A stretch of 64,000 bases of DNA from Burkholderiales bacterium (GTDB lineage Bacteria; Pseudomonadota; Gammaproteobacteria; Burkholderiales; SG8-39): positions 6,119 through 70,118 of the forward strand of contig DATIZK010000064.1 of NCBI GenBank assembly GCA_035517095.1. Direction: 5' to 3'. Both the position numbers and the translations under genes were made by a program. Each line of letters starts with the position of its first letter. Position 1 is the first letter of the stretch. The notes beneath the pieces were generated by a model, which was given only the letters and a program-made list of their open reading frames with translations, was not told the origin of the DNA and did no database searches. This document shows positions 20,351-29,635 of this stretch, in pieces.

Positions 20351-21751
20351 ATGATCGTCGGCAACGCCGGATTTGTGGTTCGAGCCATGGCGGTGCTCGC
20401 GTTGAGCGGCTGCGCGCTCGGCCCGCACTATGAGCGGCCCGAGATCGCCGCGCCGGCGGCATGGCGCAACGGCCGGGCGCACGCTCCCGAAGCATGGCCG
20501 GCCGCCGACTGGTGGCGCGGCTTCGGCTCGCCGCAACTGGATGCTTTCATCGCTCAGGCGCAACGCGCCAACGACGATATCGCGGCCGCCGTCGCGCGCG
20601 TGCGCGAGGCCGATGCGCAGGCCCGCATCGCCGGCGCGGCGCTGCTGCCCGCGGTCGCGGCGACGGCCGGGGCCACGCGCGAGCGAACGCTGGCCAGCAA
20701 CGGCAGCTTTAGCACCTATTCGGTCTTCACGCCCCAGATCGGCGCGGCCTATGAACTCGACTTCTGGGGCAAGAGCCGGGCGGCACTGACCGCGGCCAAC
20801 GCGGCCCTCGCCGCCAGCCGTTATGACCGCGCGACGATCGAGCTGACGGTGGTGACCGGGGTGGCCAGCACCTATTTTCTGGCGCTCGAGCTGCGCGACC
20901 GCTTGCGCATCGCCCAGGACAATCTCGCCAGTGCCGAGGCGATCCTCGACGGGCTCAGACTCGAACGTACGGCGGGCACGGCGAACGCCCTGGACGTGGC
21001 CCAGCAGGAAACCGCCGTCGCCACCCTCTATGCCGCGATTCCCCCGCTCGAACAGCAGTTGCGCCAGTCCGTGGACGCCTTGGCGATCCTGCTCGGCAAG
21101 GCGCCGGAATCGATCGACGTCACCAGGGGCAGCCTGCTCGACTTGTCGCAACCGAGGGTTCAGCCCGGACTGCCTTCCAGACTCCTCGCCCGGCGTCCGG
21201 ACGTCGCCCAGGCGGAAGCGCTGCTGGTGGCCGCCAACGCCAACGTCGCCCAGGCGCGGGCTGCCTTCTTTCCCAGCATCGAGCTCACCGCGAGCACCGG
21301 CTTTGCGAGCGTGGCGCTGTCCAAGGTGCTCGATCCCGCGAGCGCGATCTACAGCGTCGGCGCCGGCCTGACCCAGCCCATCTTCGAGGGCGGCGCACTG
21401 GAGGGCCAATCGGCCTACGCGCAGGCGCGCTATGCGGAGCTGCTCGCCGATTACCACAAGGCCGTGATTTCCGCGTTCGCCAATGTCGAAGACGCGCTCG
21501 TCGCGCTGCAAAAGACCGCAGACCAGTTGCAGCGCCGGCAACAGGCGGTCGCGACCGCGCGCCGGGCCTACGAGATCGCCCAGGCGCAGCTGCGCGCCGG
21601 GACCATAAACGTCCTCGCGCTGCTCAATACCGAAACCGCCCTGTTTGCCGCCGAGGATACGCTGGTGCAGATCAAGTTCTCGCACTTGCAGGCGCTCATC
21701 GCATTGTTCAACGCGCTGGGCGGCGGCTGGCGCAACACGCCGGAGGCATGA
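20351..21751 (+). CDS. Efflux outer membrane lipoprotein, NodT family
   Basis: Signal and lipobox MIVGNAGFVVRAMAVLALSGC, NodT hallmark WWRGFGSPQLD. The track ORF starts at GTG 20321. Confidence 0.9.
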   Translation: MIVGNAGFVVRAMAVLALSGCALGPHYERPEIAAPAAWRNGRAHAPEAWPAADWWRGFGSPQLDAFIAQAQRANDDIAAAVARVREADAQARIAGAALLPAVAATAGATRERTLASNGSFSTYSVFTPQIGAAYELDFWGKSRAALTAANAALAASRYDRATIELTVVTGVASTYFLALELRDRLRIAQDNLASAEAILDGLRLERTAGTANALDVAQQETAVATLYAAIPPLEQQLRQSVDALAILLGKAPESIDVTRGSLLDLSQPRVQPGLPSRLLARRPDVAQAEALLVAANANVAQARAAFFPSIELTASTGFASVALSKVLDPASAIYSVGAGLTQPIFEGGALEGQSAYAQARYAELLADYHKAVISAFANVEDALVALQKTADQLQRRQQAVATARRAYEIAQAQLRAGTINVLALLNTETALFAAEDTLVQIKFSHLQALIALFNALGGGWRNTPEA

Positions 21752-22896
21752 TGACGAGCGCTCGGAAAACACCGCTTGCCCTGATCGCCGCTGCCGTGCT
21801 GCTGCTCTGCGCGGCCCTTTACTGGCAGCGGCTGTCGCTTGCGCCAAGCGCGGCCGCCAGCCCTGCGCGCGCCCCGGCGGTCATACCGGTCGAGACGGCA
21901 CTGGCGAAACGCGCCGACGTTCCGGTCTATCTACAGGGACTGGGAACGGTGCAGGCCTTCTATTCCGTCAAGGTGACTCCGCGAGTCGACGGTCAACTGC
22001 AGAAGGTCGGATTCGTCGAAGGTCAGACCGTGAAAAAGGGCGCTTTTCTCGCCCAGATCGACCCTCGCCCCTATCGGGCGGCCCTGGAGCAGGCAATCGC
22101 CGCCAAAGACAAGGACGCTGCGCAGCTGGCAAATGCCGAGCGCGATCTGAAACGGTACGAAATGCTGGCGCCGCACGATCTGGTCAGCCGCCAGACGCTA
22201 GATACGCAGCGCGCGCTGCTTGCCCAGACCAAGGCGCAGTTGGAAGGCGATCGGGCAGCGATCGACAGCGCGAGAACGCAGCTCGATTACACCACCATCA
22301 CCTCGCCGATCGAGGGCCGCACCGGCATCCGCCAAGTCGATCCCGGCAACGTCGTGCATGCCGCGGATACTACCGGCATCGTCGCGATCACCCGGTTGCA
22401 GCCTATTTCAGTCATCTTCGCGCTGCCGGAAGACGATCTGAACGCCGTCGCCACGGCCATGGCGAAGGGACCGGTGACGGTCGTCGCGCTTCCCCGCGAC
22501 GGCGAAACGGAGCTGGACCGCGGCACGATCGCGCTGATCGACAACCAGATCGATCAGAGTACGGGAACGATCCGCCTGAAAGCGACTTTTCCCAATCCAC
22601 ATGACAGGCTTTGGCCGGGAGAGTTCGTCAACATGCGCACCCTGCTGAAGACCGTACGCAACGCGCTGACGATTCCTTCCGCCGCGGTCGAGCGCGGGCC
22701 CGATGGCGCGTTCACGTACGTCGTGCGGCCGGACTCCACCGTCGACGTGCAAGCGATCACGATCGGCGAGGAAAACGGGACATCGGTCGTTGTGAAGAGC
22801 GGGCTCCAGGACGGTGCGCGCGTAGTCACCAGCAATCAATATCGGCTGCAGGACAAGGCCCGCGTGCGCATCGTCGCCGGCAGCGGTCCCGAATGA
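21748..22896 (+). CDS. RND efflux periplasmic adaptor, MdtA-like
   Basis: 382 aa. Region YLQGLGTVQAFYSVKVTPRVDGQLQKVGFVEGQTVKKGAFLAQIDPRPY parallels E. coli MdtA. Overlaps the OMF stop and the RND start. Confidence 0.9.
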   Translation: MMTSARKTPLALIAAAVLLLCAALYWQRLSLAPSAAASPARAPAVIPVETALAKRADVPVYLQGLGTVQAFYSVKVTPRVDGQLQKVGFVEGQTVKKGAFLAQIDPRPYRAALEQAIAAKDKDAAQLANAERDLKRYEMLAPHDLVSRQTLDTQRALLAQTKAQLEGDRAAIDSARTQLDYTTITSPIEGRTGIRQVDPGNVVHAADTTGIVAITRLQPISVIFALPEDDLNAVATAMAKGPVTVVALPRDGETELDRGTIALIDNQIDQSTGTIRLKATFPNPHDRLWPGEFVNMRTLLKTVRNALTIPSAAVERGPDGAFTYVVRPDSTVDVQAITIGEENGTSVVVKSGLQDGARVVTSNQYRLQDKARVRIVAGSGPE

Positions 22897-25800
22897 ACAT
22901 TTCGCTGCCGTTCATCAGTCGGCCGGTCGCGACCTCGCTGCTGACGGCCGGTATCTTTCTGGTCGGAATGGTGGCGTATCCGCTGCTGCCGGTGGCGCCC
23001 TTGCCGGAGGTCGATTTCCCCACGATCCTGGTGACCGCCCAGCTGCCCGGGGCCAGCCCGGAGACCATGGCGTCTTCGGTAGCGCAACCGCTCGAATACC
23101 GGTTTTCGCAGATTCCCGGCGTGTCGCAGATGACCTCGACCAGCGTGCTCGGATCGACGCAGATTACGCTGCAATTCGATCTCGATCGCAATATCGACGC
23201 GGCTGCCCAGGACGTTCAATCGGGGATCGACGCGGCCGGCGGGCAACTGCCGAAGAATCTGCCCGCGCCGCCTTCCTATCGCAAGGTGAATCCGGCCGAT
23301 TTCTCCATCCTGATCCTGGCGGTGCATTCCGATGCGTTGCCGCTGACAACCACCGATAACTACGCGGAAAACGTGATTGCGCAGCAGATCTCGGTGATTC
23401 CGGGGGTCGGCCAGGTGGACATCGGCGGGCAGCAGAAGCCGGCCGTGCGCGTGCAGATCAATCCCGCCAAGATCGCCGCGCTGGGCATCCAGCTCGAGGA
23501 CGTGGCGAACGTCATCACGACCGCGTCGGTCGATGCGCCCAAGGGATCGATCAACGGCGTCGCGCACAGCTTCGCCATCTACGACAACGATCAGCTTCTC
23601 AAGGCAGCGCCCTGGAACGACGTCATCGTCGCCTACAAGAACGGCGCACCGGTTCGCATCCGCGACATCGGCGTGGCCGTGGCGGGGCCCGAGAACACGC
23701 AGCAAGCGGCATGGCAGAACGGCCGGCCCAGCATCCTGCTTTTGGTCAAGAAGGAGCCTGGCGCCAACATCATCGATACCGTGGCACAGGTAAAGGCCGC
23801 ATTGCCGCATATCCTGGCCGCGGTGCCCCCCTCGATCAAGGTCGACACGGCCATCGACCGCACCACGACGATCAAGGCCTCCGTCGAGGACGTGGAAGTC
23901 ACGCTCGCCGTGACGATCGCGCTGGTGGTGATGGTGATCTTCCTGTTCCTGCGCAGCGCATCGGCAACCCTCATCCCCGGAATCACGGTGCCGCTGTGCC
24001 TGTTCGGCAGCGCTGCGCTGATGTATTTCTTCGGCTACAGTCTGGACAACCTCTCTCTGATGGCATTGACGATTGCGGTCGGTTTCGTGGTCGACGATGC
24101 CATCGTCATGCTGGAAAACATCTACCGGCACATCGAAGCCGGGCTCTCGCCGATGCAGGCCGCGATCAAGGGCTCGGGCGAGATCGGCTTCACCATCCTG
24201 TCGATAAGCATTTCGCTGGTCGCAGTATTCATCCCGCTGCTGCTGATGGGGGGCATCGTCGGACGCCTGTTCCGCGAGTTCGCCGTCGTCGTCACCATGA
24301 TGATCGGAATTTCCCTGTTCGTCTCGCTCACGCTTACGCCGATGATGTGCTCGTTGCTACTGCGCGATGAGAAACATGCGCGGCATGGGCGCTTCTACGT
24401 CGCCATCGAAGGCGCCTTCGACCGGGTGCTGGCGCTGTATGCGCGAGCGCTGGATGTCGTCCTGCGTCACCAGCGCCTTACTCTCACCGTGTTCGGCCTC
24501 ACGGTGCTCGCCAGCGGACTGCTGTACGCGGCAATACCGAAGGGATTCTTCCCGCAGCAGGATACGGGAATCATCAAAGGCATCTCGGACGCGGCGCAGG
24601 ACGTCTCCTTCGACCAGATGGTGCGCCTGCAGCACAAGCTTGCGGACGTCGTAACCGGCGACCCGGCCGTGGCGAGCTATGCGACCTTTATCGGCGGATC
24701 GCGGCCGCTGAACAACGGCTTCGTCATCATCGGCCTGAAACCGCGCAATGAACGCAAGGCCAACGCCGACCAGATCATCCAGCGCCTGCGGCGGCGACTG
24801 TCGGCGGTGCAGAACGCGACCCTGTATCTGCAATCCGCCCAGGACGTGAACGTAGGCGGGCGCACCGCGCGCACCGAGTATCAATACACGCTCGAGGACG
24901 TCGATCTCGACGAATTGAACGAATGGGCACCCAAGGCCCTGGCCAAGCTGCAGACGCTTCCGCAACTGCAGGATGTGGCCTCGGACCAGCAGAACGAAAG
25001 CACCATGCTTTCGATGTCGATCGATCGCGACCGTGCGGCGCGTTTCGGGATCCAGCCGGCGCTGATCGATCAAACGCTTGACGACGCCTTCGGCGAACGC
25101 CAAGTCTCGCAATATTTCACCCAGCTCAGCACCTACCACGTGATTCTGGAGGTAACGCCCAAGCTGCAGGCCGACCCGAATACGCTCAAGCGCCTATATC
25201 TCAAATCGCCGATTACCGGCCAGCAGGTGCCGCTTTCGACCTTCGTCAAGTTTGATACGAACCACGTCGGCTATCTTTCGATCAACCACCAGGGACAGTA
25301 TCCCGCGGTCACGCTGTCCTTCAATCTGGCGCCCGGGGTCGCGCTCGGTCAGGCCGTGGACGCGATCACGAAGGCGACGTCGGACATCCACATGCCGGCC
25401 GCGATGAGCGGCAGCTTCCAGGGAACGGCGCAGGCGTTCAAGGCATCGCTCGAAACCGAGCCTTATCTGATTCTTGCCGCGCTGGTCGTCGTCTACATCG
25501 TTCTCGGCATGCTCTATGAAAGCTACATTCACCCGCTCACGATACTGTCGACGCTGCCCTCGGCCGGCGTCGGCGCGCTGCTGATGCTGATTGCGTTTCA
25601 CTTCGACCTAAGCGTTATCGCCCTGATCGGCATCATCCTGCTCATCGGCATCGTCAAGAAAAACGGCATAATGATGGTGGACTTCGCGCTGCAGGCGGAA
25701 CGCGAGCAGCATTTGTCGCCGGAGCAATCGATTCGCCAGGCCTGTCTGCTGCGCTTCAGGCCGATCATGATGACGACCATGGCTGCATTGCTAAGCGGAC

Positions 25801-26006
25801 TCACGCTCATGCTCGGCCGGGGAACCGGCTCCGAGTTGCGCCAGCCGCTCGGATACACCATGGTCGGCGGACTGCTGCTCAGCCAGGCGCTGACGCTGTT
25901 CACGACCCCGGTCGTCTATCTGTACCTGGACAGGCTGAGCGACAGGTTTCGGCGACGGCGCCAGGCGGCGCGCGCCGATTCGGACATGGCTGGAGCAAAG
26001 CCGTGA
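22893..26006 (+). CDS. RND multidrug efflux permease, MdtB/MdtC-like
   Basis: Real start MNISLPFISRPVATSLLTAGIFLVG...LPVAPLPEVDFPTILVTAQLPGASPETMASSVAQPLE closely parallels the MdtC N-terminus. ATGA overlap with the adaptor gene. The track ORF N-terminal extension from 22611 is spurious. Confidence 0.95.
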   Translation: MNISLPFISRPVATSLLTAGIFLVGMVAYPLLPVAPLPEVDFPTILVTAQLPGASPETMASSVAQPLEYRFSQIPGVSQMTSTSVLGSTQITLQFDLDRNIDAAAQDVQSGIDAAGGQLPKNLPAPPSYRKVNPADFSILILAVHSDALPLTTTDNYAENVIAQQISVIPGVGQVDIGGQQKPAVRVQINPAKIAALGIQLEDVANVITTASVDAPKGSINGVAHSFAIYDNDQLLKAAPWNDVIVAYKNGAPVRIRDIGVAVAGPENTQQAAWQNGRPSILLLVKKEPGANIIDTVAQVKAALPHILAAVPPSIKVDTAIDRTTTIKASVEDVEVTLAVTIALVVMVIFLFLRSASATLIPGITVPLCLFGSAALMYFFGYSLDNLSLMALTIAVGFVVDDAIVMLENIYRHIEAGLSPMQAAIKGSGEIGFTILSISISLVAVFIPLLLMGGIVGRLFREFAVVVTMMIGISLFVSLTLTPMMCSLLLRDEKHARHGRFYVAIEGAFDRVLALYARALDVVLRHQRLTLTVFGLTVLASGLLYAAIPKGFFPQQDTGIIKGISDAAQDVSFDQMVRLQHKLADVVTGDPAVASYATFIGGSRPLNNGFVIIGLKPRNERKANADQIIQRLRRRLSAVQNATLYLQSAQDVNVGGRTARTEYQYTLEDVDLDELNEWAPKALAKLQTLPQLQDVASDQQNESTMLSMSIDRDRAARFGIQPALIDQTLDDAFGERQVSQYFTQLSTYHVILEVTPKLQADPNTLKRLYLKSPITGQQVPLSTFVKFDTNHVGYLSINHQGQYPAVTLSFNLAPGVALGQAVDAITKATSDIHMPAAMSGSFQGTAQAFKASLETEPYLILAALVVVYIVLGMLYESYIHPLTILSTLPSAGVGALLMLIAFHFDLSVIALIGIILLIGIVKKNGIMMVDFALQAEREQHLSPEQSIRQACLLRFRPIMMTTMAALLSGLTLMLGRGTGSELRQPLGYTMVGGLLLSQALTLFTTPVVYLYLDRLSDRFRRRRQAARADSDMAGAKP

Positions 26007-26683
26007 AGCTGCTCCTGGTCGAGGACAACGAGCGCGTCGCGCGCTTCGTCACCAGGGGCCTGCGCGAATCGGGGCACACGGTGGATCACGCCGCAAACGG
26101 GCGCGACGGCATCATGCTGGCGACCAGCGAACCGTACGACGTCATCATCATGGATCGCATGCTGCCCGGCCAGATCGACGGGCTGGGAATCATCGAAGCC
26201 CTGCGCAAGACCGGCAACCGCGTGCCGATCCTGATCCTGAGCGCGCTGTCCGACGTCGACGAGCGCATCCGCGGCCTGCGCAGCGGCGGGGACGACTATC
26301 TCTCCAAGCCGTTTGCGTTCGGCGAGCTTCTGGCGCGGATCGACGCCCTGCACCGCCGGGCCCAGGGAAGCGACGCGCAGACCAGCCTCGCGGTGGGCGA
26401 TCTGCGCATGGACCTGCTGACGCGCAGGGTAGCCCGCGGCAGCCGCACTATCGCGCTGCAGCCGCGCGAGTTCAAGCTGCTTGAATACCTGATGCGCCAC
26501 GCCGAACAGGTCGTTACGCGCACCATGCTGCTCGAAAACGTATGGGACTACAACTTCGACCCGCAGACCAACGTGGTCGACGTTCACATCAGCAAACTGA
26601 GGCAGAAGATCGAGCGCGAGCCCGAGCGCTCGCTGCTCAGGACGGTGCGCAACGCCGGCTACATGCTGAGCGCCGATGACTAG
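26003..26683 (+). CDS. OmpR/PhoB-family response regulator (BaeR-like)
   Basis: Receiver domain DVIIMDRMLPG, winged helix LQPREFKLLEYLMRH...YMLSA. GTGA overlap with the RND gene stop. Confidence 0.9.
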   Translation: MKLLLVEDNERVARFVTRGLRESGHTVDHAANGRDGIMLATSEPYDVIIMDRMLPGQIDGLGIIEALRKTGNRVPILILSALSDVDERIRGLRSGGDDYLSKPFAFGELLARIDALHRRAQGSDAQTSLAVGDLRMDLLTRRVARGSRTIALQPREFKLLEYLMRHAEQVVTRTMLLENVWDYNFDPQTNVVDVHISKLRQKIEREPERSLLRTVRNAGYMLSADD

Positions 26684-28061
26684 AGGCATTCGCCTGTCGG
26701 CGCTCAACCTCGCGCTCGCCTACGTTCTGTTCGGCATCGCGGCCCTCGTGTGCTTCGCCGCGCCGCTTTGGTACGCGTGGCAGGTCACGATCAGGGACGG
26801 CAGGGCCGAGATCCTGCAGGAGGACGCCGACAGGCTGGCGGAAGTCTTTCACCGGGGCGGCATTCAGGGCATGGCCTCGTTCATCGACGCGCGCGTCGGA
26901 TTGCAGATCGCCAACGAGCGCATGCTGTTGTTCACCGATGCGGCGCACCGTCCACTGGCCGGGAACCTCGCCGCCTGGCCGCGCGGCGTCCCCGCGCAGC
27001 CGGGCACCTATACCAGCGCGGTGGATTTCCAGAATCGTCACTCGCGGGCGGTTTTCGTCCATCTCCTATTGCCCGGCGGGTACAACCTGCTGGTCGGGCG
27101 CGACGTGGCCAAGTTCGCGCCGCTCGAGGCGCGCTTCTGGTACGGCCTTACCGCCGCAATCGTCATCGTCTCGATCGTCGGCGCGATCGGCGCGGTGCTG
27201 ATTCGGCGCGAGCTGCTCTCGCGCATTCACGACATCAGGCAGACCGTTTCGGCAATCATGCAGGGCGAGCTTAGTCACCGGCTGCCGACGCGGGGCGGCA
27301 CCGACGAGCTGGATACCCTGTCGCAAACCATCAACCGCATGCTCGATCAGATCGAGCAGCTGGTGCACGGGATAAGCAACGTCTCCAATTCGATCGCGCA
27401 CGACCTGCGTACGCCGCTGGCGGAATTGCGCTCCCGGCTCGAGGAACTGGCGCTGACACGCCCTCCCGTGGACGTCACCTTCGCGGAGCTCGAAGTGGCC
27501 GTCGCCGACGTCGATCGCGTGATCCGCATCTTCAACGCCTTGCTCAGGCTGGCGGAAATCGACACGGGCATGCGCCGCTCCGGCTTCGTTCCGGTCGATC
27601 TTGCCCACGTCTGCACGGAAGTGGTCGAGTTCTACCTGCCGGCGGCGGAGCTGCGGGGCGTCAGCCTGTCCTTGCGCAGCGGCGACCCGGTGACGGTGGC
27701 GGGCGATCCCCTGTTGCTCGCGCAGGCCGTAAGCAACATGGTCGATAACGCCCTCAAATTCGCGCCCCCGAACGGCCGCATCACGGTCGAGATTCCGCAG
27801 CGCAGCGAGGGCGTCACCGAAATTTCCGTCGCCGACGACGGCCCCGGCATTCCCGACGCCGAGAAACCGATGGCCGCGGACCGGTTTTTCCGCGGCGACG
27901 CGAGCAGAGGATCGCCCGGCATCGGACTCGGCCTCAGCATCGTCGCCGCGGTTGCACGGCTGCACGGCGGCGCGCTCGAGCTGACCGATAATCATCCCGG
28001 TCTGAAGGCACGCATGATCATCGAATCGGGAGCGAGCGCGATTCCCCATCGCCTCGGCTAG
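26676..28061 (+). CDS. Sensor histidine kinase (two TM, HAMP, HisKA, HATPase; BaeS-like)
   Basis: H-box SNSIAHDLRTPLAELR, N box NMVDNALKFAP, G boxes DDGPGIP and GLGLSIV. Confidence 0.9.
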   Translation: MTRGIRLSALNLALAYVLFGIAALVCFAAPLWYAWQVTIRDGRAEILQEDADRLAEVFHRGGIQGMASFIDARVGLQIANERMLLFTDAAHRPLAGNLAAWPRGVPAQPGTYTSAVDFQNRHSRAVFVHLLLPGGYNLLVGRDVAKFAPLEARFWYGLTAAIVIVSIVGAIGAVLIRRELLSRIHDIRQTVSAIMQGELSHRLPTRGGTDELDTLSQTINRMLDQIEQLVHGISNVSNSIAHDLRTPLAELRSRLEELALTRPPVDVTFAELEVAVADVDRVIRIFNALLRLAEIDTGMRRSGFVPVDLAHVCTEVVEFYLPAAELRGVSLSLRSGDPVTVAGDPLLLAQAVSNMVDNALKFAPPNGRITVEIPQRSEGVTEISVADDGPGIPDAEKPMAADRFFRGDASRGSPGIGLGLSIVAAVARLHGGALELTDNHPGLKARMIIESGASAIPHRLG

Positions 28062-28090
28062 CGCCGACGGCCACGCGGGCGCATGCGCAA

Positions 28091-29608
28091 GTGACATCCG
28101 CGGCACGGCTTCTCATCACGATCGCAGTCATGAGCGCGACCGTGATGCAGGTGCTCGACACCACCATCGTCAATGTCGCCCTGCCCTACATGCAGGGGTC
28201 TTTTTCCGCCGCGCCGGATCAGATCACCTGGGTGCTGACCAGCTATCTCGTGGCATCGGGCATCTTCATGCCCCTGGCCGGCTATTTCACGGATCGGCTC
28301 GGCCGCAAGCGCTATCTCCTGATCAGCATTTTTGGATTCGTGGTCTTCTCGGCGCTGTGCGGTTTGTCCGCAAGTCTCGGCCAGATGGTTGTTTTCCGCC
28401 TGCTGCAGGGCGCTTTCGGCGCCAGCCTGGTGCCGCTGTCGCAGGCCATCATGGTGGATACCTACCCCCTGGAGGAGCGCGGCAAGGCGATGGCGATCTG
28501 GGGCGTCGGGGTGATGCTGGGGCCGATACTGGGCCCGACGCTGGGCGGCTATCTGACCGACGCGCTGAGTTGGCGCTGGGCGTTCTACGTCAATGTCCCG
28601 GTGGGCGCGTTCTCCTTGCTGCTTGCCTGGCAGGTGACGCCCGATACCGAGGCGAAGGCGCGCTCCATGGACTGGAGCGGCTTCGCGCTCATAGCCCTGG
28701 CGATCGGCGGCTTGCAGTTCGTGCTGGATCGCGGCGTCCAGGAGGACTGGTTCAGCTCGAACGCCATCCGGGCCGCCGCGCTGATAAGCGGCCTCGGATT
28801 TTGCGGCTTTCTGCTTCATAGCCTGCTGCGGCGTTCCGCCAGCCTGTTCAACCTGAGCGTGTTCCTGGACCGTAACTTCGCCACCGCGAGCGCGCTGCTG
28901 GCCGTGATGGGCTTGGGCCTGTACGGCAACATGGTCATGCAGCCGCTGATGCTGGAAGGGCTGTTCAACTACCCCGCCGCGACCGCGGGACTGGTCATGG
29001 CGCCGCGCGGCATCGCGAGCATGATCAGCATGATCCTGGCGGGCCGGCTGGTTAACCGCATCGGCCCGCGCACCCTGATCGCGGTCGGCATCGTGGTCAG
29101 CGCGCTCGGCACCTATGTGACCACGAATTACGACCTGGATACCGATCCCTGGTGGTTCATCTGGCCGATCCTGATCCAGGGCTTCGGCATGGGAATGATC
29201 TTCGTGCCGCTCGCCGTGGTGGCGTACTCCACGCTCGCCAAAGCGCTGGTGGCGGAGGCCGCGGGGCTGTACAGCCTGCTGCGCACGATCGGCTCTTCGA
29301 TCGGCATTTCCATCGTGGCCACCCTGCTGGCCCGCCAGACGCAGGTGGCGTGGAATCAGATCGGCGAGCACGTCGAGCCGTTCAATCCGGCCCTGTTCCG
29401 GTACCTGAAGCTGCTGCATCTGAACCTCTCCGATCCCCAGGCGCCCGCGCTGCTGGCCATGGAACTGGGGCGCCAGGCGCAGATGGTGGCCTTCATCGAC
29501 GTGTTCCTGTTCATCACGCTGTGCTTCGTCGCGATGCTGCCGCTCGTGCTCATCCTGCAGCGCGGCAATGAGGCGCCCGCCATTCAGGGACCTCCGGCGG
29601 TGGAGTAG
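28091..29608 (+). CDS. MFS drug efflux transporter, DHA2 (EmrB/QacA, 14-TM) family
   Basis: 505 aa. LDTTIVNVALPYM motif, GRKRYLL motif, multiple TM segments. No EmrA-type adaptor next to it. Confidence 0.9.
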   Translation: MTSAARLLITIAVMSATVMQVLDTTIVNVALPYMQGSFSAAPDQITWVLTSYLVASGIFMPLAGYFTDRLGRKRYLLISIFGFVVFSALCGLSASLGQMVVFRLLQGAFGASLVPLSQAIMVDTYPLEERGKAMAIWGVGVMLGPILGPTLGGYLTDALSWRWAFYVNVPVGAFSLLLAWQVTPDTEAKARSMDWSGFALIALAIGGLQFVLDRGVQEDWFSSNAIRAAALISGLGFCGFLLHSLLRRSASLFNLSVFLDRNFATASALLAVMGLGLYGNMVMQPLMLEGLFNYPAATAGLVMAPRGIASMISMILAGRLVNRIGPRTLIAVGIVVSALGTYVTTNYDLDTDPWWFIWPILIQGFGMGMIFVPLAVVAYSTLAKALVAEAAGLYSLLRTIGSSIGISIVATLLARQTQVAWNQIGEHVEPFNPALFRYLKLLHLNLSDPQAPALLAMELGRQAQMVAFIDVFLFITLCFVAMLPLVLILQRGNEAPAIQGPPAVE

Positions 29609-29635
29609 GACTTGCGCTTCGACGCCGTGAGGCGT

